From contig PMKN01000014.1 in assembly GCA_003158675.1 (NCBI GenBank), positions 7,843-71,842 on the forward strand: a stretch of 64,000 bases of DNA, read 5' to 3'. The position numbers were made by a program, and so were the translations under genes. Source of the DNA: Chloroflexota bacterium (lineage in GTDB: Bacteria; Chloroflexota; Limnocylindria; Limnocylindrales; CSP1-4). Shown here piece after piece: positions 24,724-33,644 of the stretch. Below the pieces are notes generated by a model. It was not told the origin of the DNA and did no database searches. It was given only the letters and a program-made list of their open reading frames with translations. The first letter of the stretch is position 1; the number at the start of each line of letters is the position of its first letter.

Positions 24724-25662
24724 GTGGCGACTATCCCGGCCGCCGACCGACCAGAGCGGCCCTCGAGCTTTCGAGTCTGGCTGCTGGCGATCCGTCCGGC
24801 CACGCTGCCGGCGGCGGTCGGGCCGGTACTCGTCGGGCTCGGGGCAGCTGTCCGCTCCGGCGCCGCACTGCGCCTGGACGCGGCGCTGGCATGCCTGGCG
24901 GTGGCTCTGCTGCTGCAGATCGTCGCCAACCTGGCCAACGACCTCGCCGACTTCCGGCGAGGTGCCGACACGCCGGATCGCACGGGGCCGGTCCGCGTGG
25001 CGGCCGCCGGCATGGTTACCGAGCGACAGCTCGAAGTCGGGATAGGCCTCGTCATTGTCGCCGCGGGACTCGTCGGGCTCTACCTGGCGGTTCTGGGAGG
25101 CGTCGGCATGCTGATCCTGGGCGCGCTGGCCGTGGTCTCCGCCCTCGCCTACACCGGCGGCCCGTGGCCGTATGGCTATCGCGGCCTGGGCGAGGTCTTC
25201 GTGTTCGCCTTCTTCGGTCTGATGGCCGTGGGGGTGACCGCGTATCTGCAAGCCGGCAGGGTCGAGGCGCTGTTCCTGATCGCGGCCGTGCCGATGGGGG
25301 CGCTCATCACGGCAATTCTGGTGGTCAACAACCTGCGCGACATCCCAACCGATCGGGCGGCCGGTAAGCGAACGCTGGCGGTCACCTTCGGCGAGGGTTT
25401 CGCGAAAGGGGAGTTCTACGTGGCTTTGGTCGTGGCGGCGGTGACCCCGGTACTGCTGCTGGCGGCGCATCTAGCCGGACCCGCCGTCCTGCTGCCCCTG
25501 TTGGCGGGGCTCCTGGTCCCGCCGCTGGTCCGAGAGGTTCATGGGGTGGGGCCGGTTTCCGATCGACGCCGACTCAATCTCGTGCTGATGGGCACGGCTC
25601 GACTGTCGCTCGCCTACGGGCTGCTGTTCGCGATCGGGCTCACGATCCCGGTTGGCGCGTGA
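24724..25662 (+). CDS. menA: 1,4-dihydroxy-2-naphthoate polyprenyltransferase (UbiA family)
   Basis: GTG 24724 directly abuts the menB TAG. Multi-TM protein with the UbiA Asp-rich motifs NLANDLADFRRGAD and NNLRDIPTDRAAGKRTLAV. Confidence 0.88.
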   Translation: MATIPAADRPERPSSFRVWLLAIRPATLPAAVGPVLVGLGAAVRSGAALRLDAALACLAVALLLQIVANLANDLADFRRGADTPDRTGPVRVAAAGMVTERQLEVGIGLVIVAAGLVGLYLAVLGGVGMLILGALAVVSALAYTGGPWPYGYRGLGEVFVFAFFGLMAVGVTAYLQAGRVEALFLIAAVPMGALITAILVVNNLRDIPTDRAAGKRTLAVTFGEGFAKGEFYVALVVAAVTPVLLLAAHLAGPAVLLPLLAGLLVPPLVREVHGVGPVSDRRRLNLVLMGTARLSLAYGLLFAIGLTIPVGA

Positions 25663-26774
25663 GCGGAGCGCAGGTTGCCGCGGCCGAGGCGATCCGGATT
25701 CGGGTGCCATTTCGGCGCCCCGTCCTAACTTCCCTCGGTATCTGGAGTCAGCGCGAGTCCTGGATCGTGCAGCTCTGCGACGGAGCCGGCGCTGTGGGCC
25801 TGGGAGAGGCCGCCCTGGACCCTGGGCCGGGCGAGCAAACGACCGAGCTGGTGCGGCTGATTCGCGAGCTGGTCGAACGGGTGGCCGGAGGCGAACCACT
25901 TCCGGACGCAGCGGAGCTCGAGGCGGCAGGCGTGGCCGGGCGCGCTCTCCGGTGCGCTCTCGATTCGGCGGCTCTGGACCTGGGGCGGGTGTGGGCGAAA
26001 GCGGCTCCTGGGGGTCCGCCGCGCGACATCCCGGTGAATGCTGCGATCGGGGTTATGGAGGCGGGCGGGACTGTAGCTGCTGCGGTAGCGGCGGTGGCGG
26101 CAGGCTTCGCGACGCTGAAACTCAAGGTCGGGCCCGAACGCGACTCTGCGGCCCTCGTCGCGCGCGTGGCCGCGGTGAGGGCGGCGGTCGGCGCGGAGGT
26201 GCGCCTGCGGCTGGACGTCAACGCTGCGTGGGACGTGGCCACGGCGCGGGAACGGATCGCGGCCGTGGCACCGTTCGGGATCGAGTTCGTGGAGCAGCCG
26301 GTGGCCGTGGGCGACCCGTCCCGTCTTGCGGCCGTCCGCCATGGGTCGCCCGTGCCGATCGCGGCGGACGAGGCGGTTTCTTCGGTGGCCGCCGCGCGCG
26401 AGCTGCTGGCTGCGCGGGCCGCCGACGTCCTGGTCGTCAAGCCGGCACGGGTCGGTGGCCCGCTGGCGGCCTGGGAGATCGCGGCGCTGGCCGCGGCCGA
26501 GGGAGTCCCCGTGGTCATATCCACTCTCTTCGAGACGGGCGTGGGGCTGGCCGCTGCGCTTGCCACAGCCGCATGCCTGCCCGGCGGCCAGAGCCGACGA
26601 CAGCTTGCCCACGGACTGGCAACTGCCGACCTGCTCGAGTCCGACCTCCTGGTGCGTGGCCTTCCGATCGTCCAGGGTCGGATGATCGTGCCGAGAGAGC
26701 CGGGGCTCGGAATCGCCCTGGACGGAGCGGCGCTGGCGCGCTACACCGTCGAGAAGATCGGTACGCGGCCGTGA
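25659..26774 (+). CDS. menC: o-succinylbenzoate synthase (enolase superfamily)
   Basis: The GTG overlaps the menA stop (GTGA). Enolase-superfamily blocks LKLKVG, RLDVNAAW, FVEQP, IAADE and VVKPARVGG. The operon context also supports MenC. Confidence 0.8.
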   Translation: MSGAQVAAAEAIRIRVPFRRPVLTSLGIWSQRESWIVQLCDGAGAVGLGEAALDPGPGEQTTELVRLIRELVERVAGGEPLPDAAELEAAGVAGRALRCALDSAALDLGRVWAKAAPGGPPRDIPVNAAIGVMEAGGTVAAAVAAVAAGFATLKLKVGPERDSAALVARVAAVRAAVGAEVRLRLDVNAAWDVATARERIAAVAPFGIEFVEQPVAVGDPSRLAAVRHGSPVPIAADEAVSSVAAARELLAARAADVLVVKPARVGGPLAAWEIAALAAAEGVPVVISTLFETGVGLAAALATAACLPGGQSRRQLAHGLATADLLESDLLVRGLPIVQGRMIVPREPGLGIALDGAALARYTVEKIGTRP

Positions 26775-29044
26775 CTGCCGCGCCTTCCTTCGTCGAGGCT
26801 CTGCGCACCCACGCCCGCGCTCGGCCCGGCGACCCCGCCGTTCTGGACGGCGGGCTTCCCTGGTCGTGGGCCGAGCTGGAGCGGAAGGCGGAACTGGCGG
26901 CCGCCGGGCTGAAGGCCGCCGGCATCTTGCCTGGCGACCGCGTCGGGCTGCTTGCCTCTTCCTCGGCCGTAGTCGTGGCCGCTCTTCATGCAGTGGTTGG
27001 GGCAGGCATCGTCGCGGTCCCGATCGGGCCACGGCTGACGCGGCCGGAGATCGCCGCCATCGAGGCCGCCGCCGGTCTGCGCGCGATTCTCGCGCCCGAC
27101 GGCGCCGCAACCCTGATCGAGGCGCCTCGCCGCGCACCCACTCCCGGCACTCCGGCCGTGATCGTGCCCACGTCTGGGACGACCGGCAGACCCAAGCTCG
27201 TGCGCCTCGGCGCCGACCGGCTCGATGCCAGCGCCGCGGCCTGGACCGCGACGTTGCCGCCCGCGACCGGATGGCTGCTCTCGCTAAACCTTGCCCACGT
27301 CTCGGGCATCGGGATTGTGGTCCGGGCAACGCGGGCCGGCGTGCCCGTCGTCGTGCCCATCTCGACAGAAGCCGAGCCTATCGGCCCCAGCCTCGCCGCC
27401 GCTCGTTCGGCCGGCATTCTGGTCAGCCACATCTCGCTCGTGGTGCCCCAGCTCGTCCGTCTGCTCGACACGAGGACTTCGCCGCCCGACGAACTCCGAG
27501 CCGTTCTCCTCGGCGGCGGCCCAATTCCCGAATCGCTGGTGGTGCGAGCCCTGACCGCTGGCTGGCCTATCGTCCCCAGCTACGGCATGACCGAAACGGC
27601 GTCTGGCGTCGTCGCGCTGCCCCTCGGTCAGGCTGGCAGGCACCCCTGGTCCGCCGGACTGCCGCTGCCCGGAGTCGACCTCCGCATCGAGGCAATGCCC
27701 GGTGGCGGCGCCTCGCGCGACGCCATCCTGGCCGCCCCGCCCGGGACCGTCGGCGAGATACTGGTACGCGGCCCGATGGTCTTCGATGGCTACGAGAACG
27801 ATCCCGAAGCCTCATCGTCCGCACTCGACGAGCGGGGCTGGCTCCGCACCGGCGATCTGGGCAGCCTGGACGCGGACGGATGGCTCCGCGTCGTTGCCCG
27901 GCGCGACGAGATGATCCTTTCCGGCGGCGAGAACGTCGCCCCGGCCGAGATCGAGGCGGTACTTGCGAGTCACCCAGCTGTCGCCGATGCCGGCGTGACC
28001 GGAGTCGCCGACGAGAGGTGGGGATCCGTACCGGCAGCCGTGGTCGCCTTCCGCTCCGGCGAGCACGAGTCCGCGGAAGCGCTCCGAACTTTCGTCCGCG
28101 AGCGTTTGGCCTCGTTCAAGGTGCCGGCCTTGATCGTCGAGGTTGCGGCGGTACCGCGGTCGCCTGCGGGCAAGCTGGATCGTCGCGCTCTAAAGGCATT
28201 GGTCGGCGCCGCCGAACGCCGCCCGTGGCTCACGGGTACAACACGAATCGAGGCGGATGACGGCCAGCCGCTGGCGACGCGCGACCTCGCCGGGCCGGCA
28301 GGCGCCCCGGCCGTCCTGCTACTCCACGCGACCCTCTCGACATCCGGCCAGCTCCTCCGCATCGCGAACCTGCTCAAGTCGAGTGCCCGAGTGGTGCTGC
28401 TCGATAGGCGGGGGAGCGGCGCGAGCGCGATGAGCGTCCCAGCCCCCGTCTCGATCGCCCGTCACGTCGCCGACATCAGGGTCGCTCTGGACGCCCTGGG
28501 AGTCGATCGCCCCGTCATCTTCGGCCATAGCTTCGGTGCGCTTATGGCGATCGAATTTGCGGCCCGCCATCCGGAGCGAGTGGCCGCCGTGATTGCCTAC
28601 GAGCCGCCGTATCTGGCCATCGCCAGCGCCAGCCTCTCGGCCAGGATTCGCCTCGTCGGCGAAGCGGTCCAGACCGCCTATGCCTCCGGAGGGCCGGCCG
28701 CGGCCGCCCAGCTGTTCGTCCGCTCGGTGGCCGGCGACGGCGCCTGGGATCTCCTCGGGCCCGCGCAGCGCGAGCTGCTGGAGGCAGAGGGTGCGAGCGC
28801 GCTCGCCGATACGTCGATGGCAGGTCTCGACATCGCCGGGCTGGCCCGCATAGCCTGCCCCGTGGTGCTCGCCACCGGCGGCGCCTCCGACGACTTCTAT
28901 GCTCCGATCGCGGATGCCCTGGCAGCCACGATTCCGGGGGCGCGACGCGTGGTTCTGCCGAACCTCCGCCACGTCGCTCCGATCACGGACCCAGCTCCGT
29001 TCGCAGACCTGATCGGCCTTCTGACGGGAGCGGCCGGTCGCTAG
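26771..29044 (+). CDS. menE: o-succinylbenzoate-CoA ligase fused to a C-terminal alpha/beta-hydrolase domain
   Basis: Last 757 codons of track ORF 25652..29044. GTG 26771 overlaps the menC stop.
- Adenylation motifs: TSGTTGRPK, YGMTE, TGDLG, SGGENV and PAGKLDRRAL.
- From about 28220: an extra domain of about 270 aa with LLLHA, nucleophile elbow GHSFGA and a distal LRHVAP. Confidence 0.85.
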   Translation: MTAAPSFVEALRTHARARPGDPAVLDGGLPWSWAELERKAELAAAGLKAAGILPGDRVGLLASSSAVVVAALHAVVGAGIVAVPIGPRLTRPEIAAIEAAAGLRAILAPDGAATLIEAPRRAPTPGTPAVIVPTSGTTGRPKLVRLGADRLDASAAAWTATLPPATGWLLSLNLAHVSGIGIVVRATRAGVPVVVPISTEAEPIGPSLAAARSAGILVSHISLVVPQLVRLLDTRTSPPDELRAVLLGGGPIPESLVVRALTAGWPIVPSYGMTETASGVVALPLGQAGRHPWSAGLPLPGVDLRIEAMPGGGASRDAILAAPPGTVGEILVRGPMVFDGYENDPEASSSALDERGWLRTGDLGSLDADGWLRVVARRDEMILSGGENVAPAEIEAVLASHPAVADAGVTGVADERWGSVPAAVVAFRSGEHESAEALRTFVRERLASFKVPALIVEVAAVPRSPAGKLDRRALKALVGAAERRPWLTGTTRIEADDGQPLATRDLAGPAGAPAVLLLHATLSTSGQLLRIANLLKSSARVVLLDRRGSGASAMSVPAPVSIARHVADIRVALDALGVDRPVIFGHSFGALMAIEFAARHPERVAAVIAYEPPYLAIASASLSARIRLVGEAVQTAYASGGPAAAAQLFVRSVAGDGAWDLLGPAQRELLEAEGASALADTSMAGLDIAGLARIACPVVLATGGASDDFYAPIADALAATIPGARRVVLPNLRHVAPITDPAPFADLIGLLTGAAGR

Positions 29045-29937
29045 AGGCGGGCTACCAGGGGCAGGATCTTGGCGTCGATATCGGCCTCGGACGGACCGCA
29101 ATCGACCTTCGCGAGCAGCCACGATTCGTGGTGTTCGACCGACGCGCCCGGCTCCAGCCTGATGAGCGGTCCCAGCGTTTCGACTTCGAGCATGTCGGGG
29201 TCCGTGTAGGTCTCGGTGTTGCAACCCATGTCGGCGTAGGTGGCGCCCGCCACGTACGGGTAGCGCTTGATGAAGGTCTCGCCGCCGAGCACGTAGGCCG
29301 CCCAACCCTTCGAATTGAGGAAGCCGACCTTCTGCTTTGTGGTCGCCTTCGGGTCCTGGCGGAGCTGGATGTACTTGCGGCCCCACGTCCAGCGTGGATC
29401 GCTCATATCGGTGAAGTGCCACAGGACGAGCGGTCGTGCGGGGACCAGGAAGTCGGGATGAGGCTTGTAGTCCTCCTGGGGATAGATCGCCCGGCCGCCC
29501 GCGGCCATAACCGACAGCGCCCACGGCGCCAGTTCGATGGCCCAGGGGTTGCGATTGACGATCCGGTGAGCCAGCTCCACTCGCGGCGCGGTGGCCGACA
29601 GGGTGACGCGAGTCTCCTTCTCGATCCGGTTGGGCAACTCCGCGTTCTTCAGCGTCAGAGTCGTGCCGTCCCAGGCGTGGTCCACGGGCACGTTGTCCGG
29701 CGCGTATGTCCTGGTGGCGACTTCCGGCGCATGCCAGAGGCGGTGCCCGCCGTAACTGTTCCACTCGGGATCGCCGGTCCGTCCCAGCGTCCCGGGGAAG
29801 TTGTGGAAGAAGTTCTGTCCGCCTACGAAGCCGAGCCGGATTATGCGGGGGCCGACCTCGGTTGTCGCAATCAGCTCTATCTCGCCGTTCGACAGGCGAA
29901 TGCACCTGGGCCAGCCGCCGAAATCCACCATCTCCAT
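29041..29937 (-). CDS. Aldose-epimerase-like / DUF4380-like beta-sandwich protein (function uncertain)
   Basis: Track ORF 29041..29994 trimmed to ATG 29937 (MEMVDFGGW...). GGHRLWHAPE, NRNPWAIELAPWALSVM and TETYTDPDMLEVETLGP are reminiscent of mutarotase-fold sugar-binding proteins. The assignment is from memory only. Confidence 0.6.
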   Translation of the reverse strand: MEMVDFGGWPRCIRLSNGEIELIATTEVGPRIIRLGFVGGQNFFHNFPGTLGRTGDPEWNSYGGHRLWHAPEVATRTYAPDNVPVDHAWDGTTLTLKNAELPNRIEKETRVTLSATAPRVELAHRIVNRNPWAIELAPWALSVMAAGGRAIYPQEDYKPHPDFLVPARPLVLWHFTDMSDPRWTWGRKYIQLRQDPKATTKQKVGFLNSKGWAAYVLGGETFIKRYPYVAGATYADMGCNTETYTDPDMLEVETLGPLIRLEPGASVEHHESWLLAKVDCGPSEADIDAKILPLVARL

Positions 29938-30025
29938 AAAATGTCCGGCCTTTCGTATGCGGGTCGACGAACGGTCCTCGAAGCCGGCAGGCACTCGAGG
30001 ACCAATGCCTCGTGAGTGATTCGCT

Positions 30026-30043
30026 AACCGGCTAATGCCGGTT
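30026..30043 (-). terminator. Possible intrinsic terminator hairpin after the Zn-ADH gene (no U-tract)
   Basis: AACCGGC-TAAT-GCCGGTT is a 7-bp perfect stem with a 4-nt loop, 81 nt downstream of the ADH stop. There is no T-run, so support is weak. Confidence 0.25.
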
Positions 30044-30123
30044 CGGTTGCCCGTGCAGTTCCGCGTACAGGCTAGCCGATTGCCACCGGATTGCGGGCTC
30101 CCATTCGCGGGATCCGGGAGGGA

Positions 30124-31179
30124 CTATTCAGGAAAGACGATGGCGACCTTGCCGGATTTGCCCTCATCCATCGTTCGGTAGGCCTCGCCCGCCTTTTCCA
30201 GCGGGAACTGGTGGGTGCAGGTCACATCCGGATGCATGTTCCAGCGCGGCATCCGCTCGACGAGGTCTTCGACATTGCCGAGATTGGTCACCCAGGATCC
30301 GAAGATGGTCTTCTGGTCGTGGATCATGTCTGGGCTTGGGTTGAGCTCGACCGTGCCCCCCTCGCCGACGAAGGCGATGCGACCCCATTGGCGTGCCGCT
30401 CGGACGGCGAGCTGGCGGCCGTGAGTGTTGCCCGAGCAATCGATGACGGCTTCGCAGCCACGACCGGCGGTCGCCTCGCGGATGCGAGCGACGGCGTTCT
30501 CATCGGACTTGATCACGAGATCGGCGAGGCCGAGCTTCTCGGTCAGGGCGATACGTTCGGGCGTCACGTCGACGCCGATGACCTTGGTCGCGCCCATGGC
30601 ACGGGCCAGCATGAGAGAGGCGAGACCCATGGGACCAAGGCCGACGACGAGGGCGATGTCGTAGCCCGAGACGCCGATCCGGCGAATTGCCTCGTAGCAA
30701 GTCCCGAAGCCGCAGGCGACGCAGGCGCCGTCGATATAGGTCATCGAGTCCGGCATGAGGATGCAGTCGGCTTCCTCGGCCAGGCAGAACTCGGCGTTGC
30801 CGCCGTTGCGCTGCCAGCCGTACGCGGCGCGGAGCGGGCTCGAGCAGCTGATCTGGTAGCCGGTGCGGCAATCGTGGCAGCGCCCGCAGCCGCTGATGTG
30901 GTACAGGACGACCCGGTCGCCCTCTTTGAAGCGGCGCATGCCCGGACCCGTGGCAACGATCTTGCCGGCCGGTTCGTGGCCGCAGATCATACCCGGCGTG
31001 TAGCCTTCGGGGCCCTTGCCAAGATGCTCGCGGTAGATCGCACGAATGTCGCTGCCGCAGATCGTGGACGCCTGCATCTTGACGAGCACTTGGCCGTGGC
31101 CGGGGGTCGGAACCGGGAACTCACGGAGCTCTACGGTGCTGTTCCCAGGGAGAACGGCCCCGAGCATTGTCTGTACCAT
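30124..31179 (-). CDS. Zn-dependent medium-chain sugar-alcohol dehydrogenase
   Basis: STICGSDIR, GHEPAG, CGRCHDCRTGYQISC and GLGPMGL. The 351-aa track ORF is used as given. Confidence 0.88.
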   Translation of the reverse strand: MVQTMLGAVLPGNSTVELREFPVPTPGHGQVLVKMQASTICGSDIRAIYREHLGKGPEGYTPGMICGHEPAGKIVATGPGMRRFKEGDRVVLYHISGCGRCHDCRTGYQISCSSPLRAAYGWQRNGGNAEFCLAEEADCILMPDSMTYIDGACVACGFGTCYEAIRRIGVSGYDIALVVGLGPMGLASLMLARAMGATKVIGVDVTPERIALTEKLGLADLVIKSDENAVARIREATAGRGCEAVIDCSGNTHGRQLAVRAARQWGRIAFVGEGGTVELNPSPDMIHDQKTIFGSWVTNLGNVEDLVERMPRWNMHPDVTCTHQFPLEKAGEAYRTMDEGKSGKVAIVFPE

Positions 31180-31284
31180 AGATCGCGCTCCTTACGTTTC
31201 ATTTGCGAGTGTACATAGGCTAACGGCGGGCCGTTGCGGTCGGGTTGTCGAGCGCTGCCGCCGCCTATCCGCAACCGCGGGCAA

Positions 31285-31298
31285 TGTTATCGTTATCA
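31285..31298. promoter_or_regulatory. LacI-family operator-like site in the divergent ADH/lacI promoter region
   Basis: TGTTATCGTTATCA fits the generic LacI-family pattern TGnnAnCGnTnnCA (10 of 14 positions palindromic). It lies in a locally AT-richer 204-bp divergent intergenic region. Confidence 0.4.
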
Positions 31299-31316
31299 GT
31301 CTTCCGCTCTCGTGTA

Positions 31317-31330
31317 TGTTATCGTCAACC
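31317..31330. promoter_or_regulatory. Second, weaker LacI-operator-like half-conserved site
   Basis: TGTTATCGTCAACC shares the left arm ATGTTATCGT exactly with the first site, 32 bp upstream. The right arm is degenerate. Confidence 0.25.
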
Positions 31331-31383
31331 GGCCGGCGCCGCATCCACCAAATCGACAGCTCCCAACACTGGTTTAGAGGACC

Positions 31384-32487
31384 GTGAGCACTCTCAACGA
31401 CGTCGCTCGACTGGCTGGTGTCTCGACCATGACCGTCTCGCGCGTCATCAACGACTCCGGTCACACCAGCCCGGTCACGCGCGCCCGGGTGAACAAGGCG
31501 ATCGCCGAACTCGGCTACATGCCCAACGCCCTCGCCCGGCAGCTGCGCTCCAGGCGGACAAAGACGATCGCCTTGGTCCTGACAGATATCACCAACCCGT
31601 TCTTCACGACCCTCGCCCGGGGCGTCGAGGACGCGGCCCGAACTCGCGGGTATGCAGTGATGTTCTGCAACACGGACGAGTCCGAACTCGAGGAGCTCGA
31701 GTACGTCCGAGTCCTGATACAGCGCCGAGTCGACGGCATCCTGCTGGTGCCGGCGACCAGCTCGAGCGGGTCCCTGCAGCTGCTCCACGACCACGGCCTG
31801 CCCGTCGTGGTCATCGACCGGCGCGCCCATTCCTGGCAGGTGGACCAGATCCGCACCGACTCGGAAGCGGGGGCTTATTCGCTAGTTCGGCATCTGCTCG
31901 ATCTAGGCCACCGGCGCATCGCGGTGCTCGCCGGCCCGCAGAACGTCTCGACCTCGGCCGACCGCGTGGCCGGCTACCACCGGGCCATGGACGAGCAGCA
32001 TCTGCCTCCTGAGAGCCAACAGGTCATCTTCGGCGAGTACAACGAGGCCAGTGGCTTCGAGATGATCCAGCGCGTCCTGGCTTCCTCGCCGCGCCCCACT
32101 GCCCTGTTCGCAACCAACAACTTCATCGCCTTCGGGGCGATGCGAGCGCTCCATGCGGCTGGGATTCGCACGCCGGAGGACATGTCGATCGCCGTCTTCG
32201 ACGACCTGCCGGCAGGCTGGACCTTCGACCCCTTCCTGACGGTGGTATCGCAGCCCGCGTACGAGATCGGGAGGCAGGCCGCCGAGCTGATGCTGGGACG
32301 GTTGGCCAGCGACCAGCCCATCGACCCGCGGACCGTCGTCCTGCCGAGCGCATTGATCGTTCGCCGATCGACGGCGCCGCCGCCCCCGGAGAATGCGGCT
32401 TCAAGCTGGGAACCTACTGCCGCCACGCCCCGCGAGGCGCCGTCTCTCGCCCTCCAGACATCCGGTCCAACGGAGAATCACGCATGA
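31384..32487 (+). CDS. LacI-family transcriptional regulator
   Basis: The GTG start has AGAGGA upstream. HTH LNDVARLAGVSTMTVSRVINDSGHTSPVTRARVNKAIAELGYMPNALARQL, followed by a periplasmic-binding-protein-like sugar domain. Confidence 0.9.
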   Translation: MSTLNDVARLAGVSTMTVSRVINDSGHTSPVTRARVNKAIAELGYMPNALARQLRSRRTKTIALVLTDITNPFFTTLARGVEDAARTRGYAVMFCNTDESELEELEYVRVLIQRRVDGILLVPATSSSGSLQLLHDHGLPVVVIDRRAHSWQVDQIRTDSEAGAYSLVRHLLDLGHRRIAVLAGPQNVSTSADRVAGYHRAMDEQHLPPESQQVIFGEYNEASGFEMIQRVLASSPRPTALFATNNFIAFGAMRALHAAGIRTPEDMSIAVFDDLPAGWTFDPFLTVVSQPAYEIGRQAAELMLGRLASDQPIDPRTVVLPSALIVRRSTAPPPPENAASSWEPTAATPREAPSLALQTSGPTENHA

Positions 32488-33527
32488 GCCAGACAAAGCC
32501 CGGGTCGTTCGTCATTGCCGAAGACGGGGTCGACCCCCGCACCGTACCCCAGCGCACGCTGTGGACAGGTGCCAGCATGCCGGCTATCGGGCTCGGCACC
32601 TTCGGTTCGGATCGCTTCGCGGCAGAGGACATAGCCGCTGCGGTTATTGGCGCCGCCGAAGTCGGCTACCGCCATTTCGACTGCGCGAAGGTGTACGCCA
32701 ACGAGGCATCGATCGGCGCTTCGCTCGAGACGATCATCGCCGGCGGCGTCCCGCGGCAAGAGCTATGGGTGACCTCGAAGCTCTGGAACGACAAGCACGC
32801 CCCGGCCGACGTGATCCCGACGTTCAAGGAGTCCCTGCGCGACCTGCGCCTCGACTATCTTGATCTCTACCTCATCCACTGGCCCTTCCCGAATCACCAC
32901 GCCCAGGGCGTTGACGTGACGTCTCGCGCCCACGACGCGAAGCCCTACATCCACGAGGATTTCATGGCCACCTGGCGCGAGCTTGAGAAGCTCGTGGACC
33001 AGGGCCTGGTCCGCCACATCGGCACCTCCAACATGACGATCCCCAAGCTGAAGCTGCTCTTGAGGGACGCCCGGATCCGGCCTGCGTGCAACGAGATGGA
33101 GTTGCATCCGTGCTTCCAGCAGCCGGAACTGTTCAAGTTCGTCATGGACAACGGGATCGTCCCGATCGGCTTTGCTCCGATCGGCTCGCCCACGCGTCCC
33201 GAACGCGACAAGACCCCGGATGACGCAGTGGACATCGAGGAGCCGGCCATCGTCGCGGTCGCGAAGCGCCTCGGCGTCCATCCGGCGACCGTGTGCGTCA
33301 AATGGGCAGTCCAGCGCGGCCAGGTGCCCATCCCGATGTCGATCTACCGCAATGAGTACCTGAGCAACCTGCGCTCAACGGTATCGTCTCCGCTCACCGA
33401 CGCGGAGATGGACGCCATCTCGCATGCCGACCGCAATAGTCGCCTCATCAAGGGTCAGGTCTTCCTCTGGAAGGAAGGCCAGACCTGGGAGGATCTCTGG
33501 GATCTGGATGGCAACATCGCCCAATAG
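32484..33527 (+). CDS. Aldo/keto reductase
   Basis: The ATG overlaps the lacI stop (ATGA). AKR blocks GLGTFG, YRHFDCAKVY, LWVTSKLWN, LDYLDLYLIHWP, GTSNM and NEMELHP. Confidence 0.9.
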   Translation: MSQTKPGSFVIAEDGVDPRTVPQRTLWTGASMPAIGLGTFGSDRFAAEDIAAAVIGAAEVGYRHFDCAKVYANEASIGASLETIIAGGVPRQELWVTSKLWNDKHAPADVIPTFKESLRDLRLDYLDLYLIHWPFPNHHAQGVDVTSRAHDAKPYIHEDFMATWRELEKLVDQGLVRHIGTSNMTIPKLKLLLRDARIRPACNEMELHPCFQQPELFKFVMDNGIVPIGFAPIGSPTRPERDKTPDDAVDIEEPAIVAVAKRLGVHPATVCVKWAVQRGQVPIPMSIYRNEYLSNLRSTVSSPLTDAEMDAISHADRNSRLIKGQVFLWKEGQTWEDLWDLDGNIAQ

Positions 33528-33644
33528 CCGCGGAGGGCGGGTCGAGGGTTTCGATACTTGCCGATAGGTTTCGTTGAATTCGACTAAGTGGGCCGCACGA
33601 ACGAAGTCTTTGACCCCGTCCTAAGGCTCTGAGGAGGCTTTCAA

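Noticed and set aside
23353-25470. 705-aa minus-strand ORF across menH/menB/menA
   Set aside because: It is antisense to three genes with unmistakable Men motifs. The composition is junk (runs of R, G, P, Q, D) and there is no domain signature.
25652-26770. N-terminal 373 codons of the 1130-aa ORF 25652..29044 (would make a giant MenE)
   Set aside because: This part is out of frame over menC and reads as Arg/Gly repeats. Real MenE similarity starts at GTG 26771, which overlaps the menC stop.
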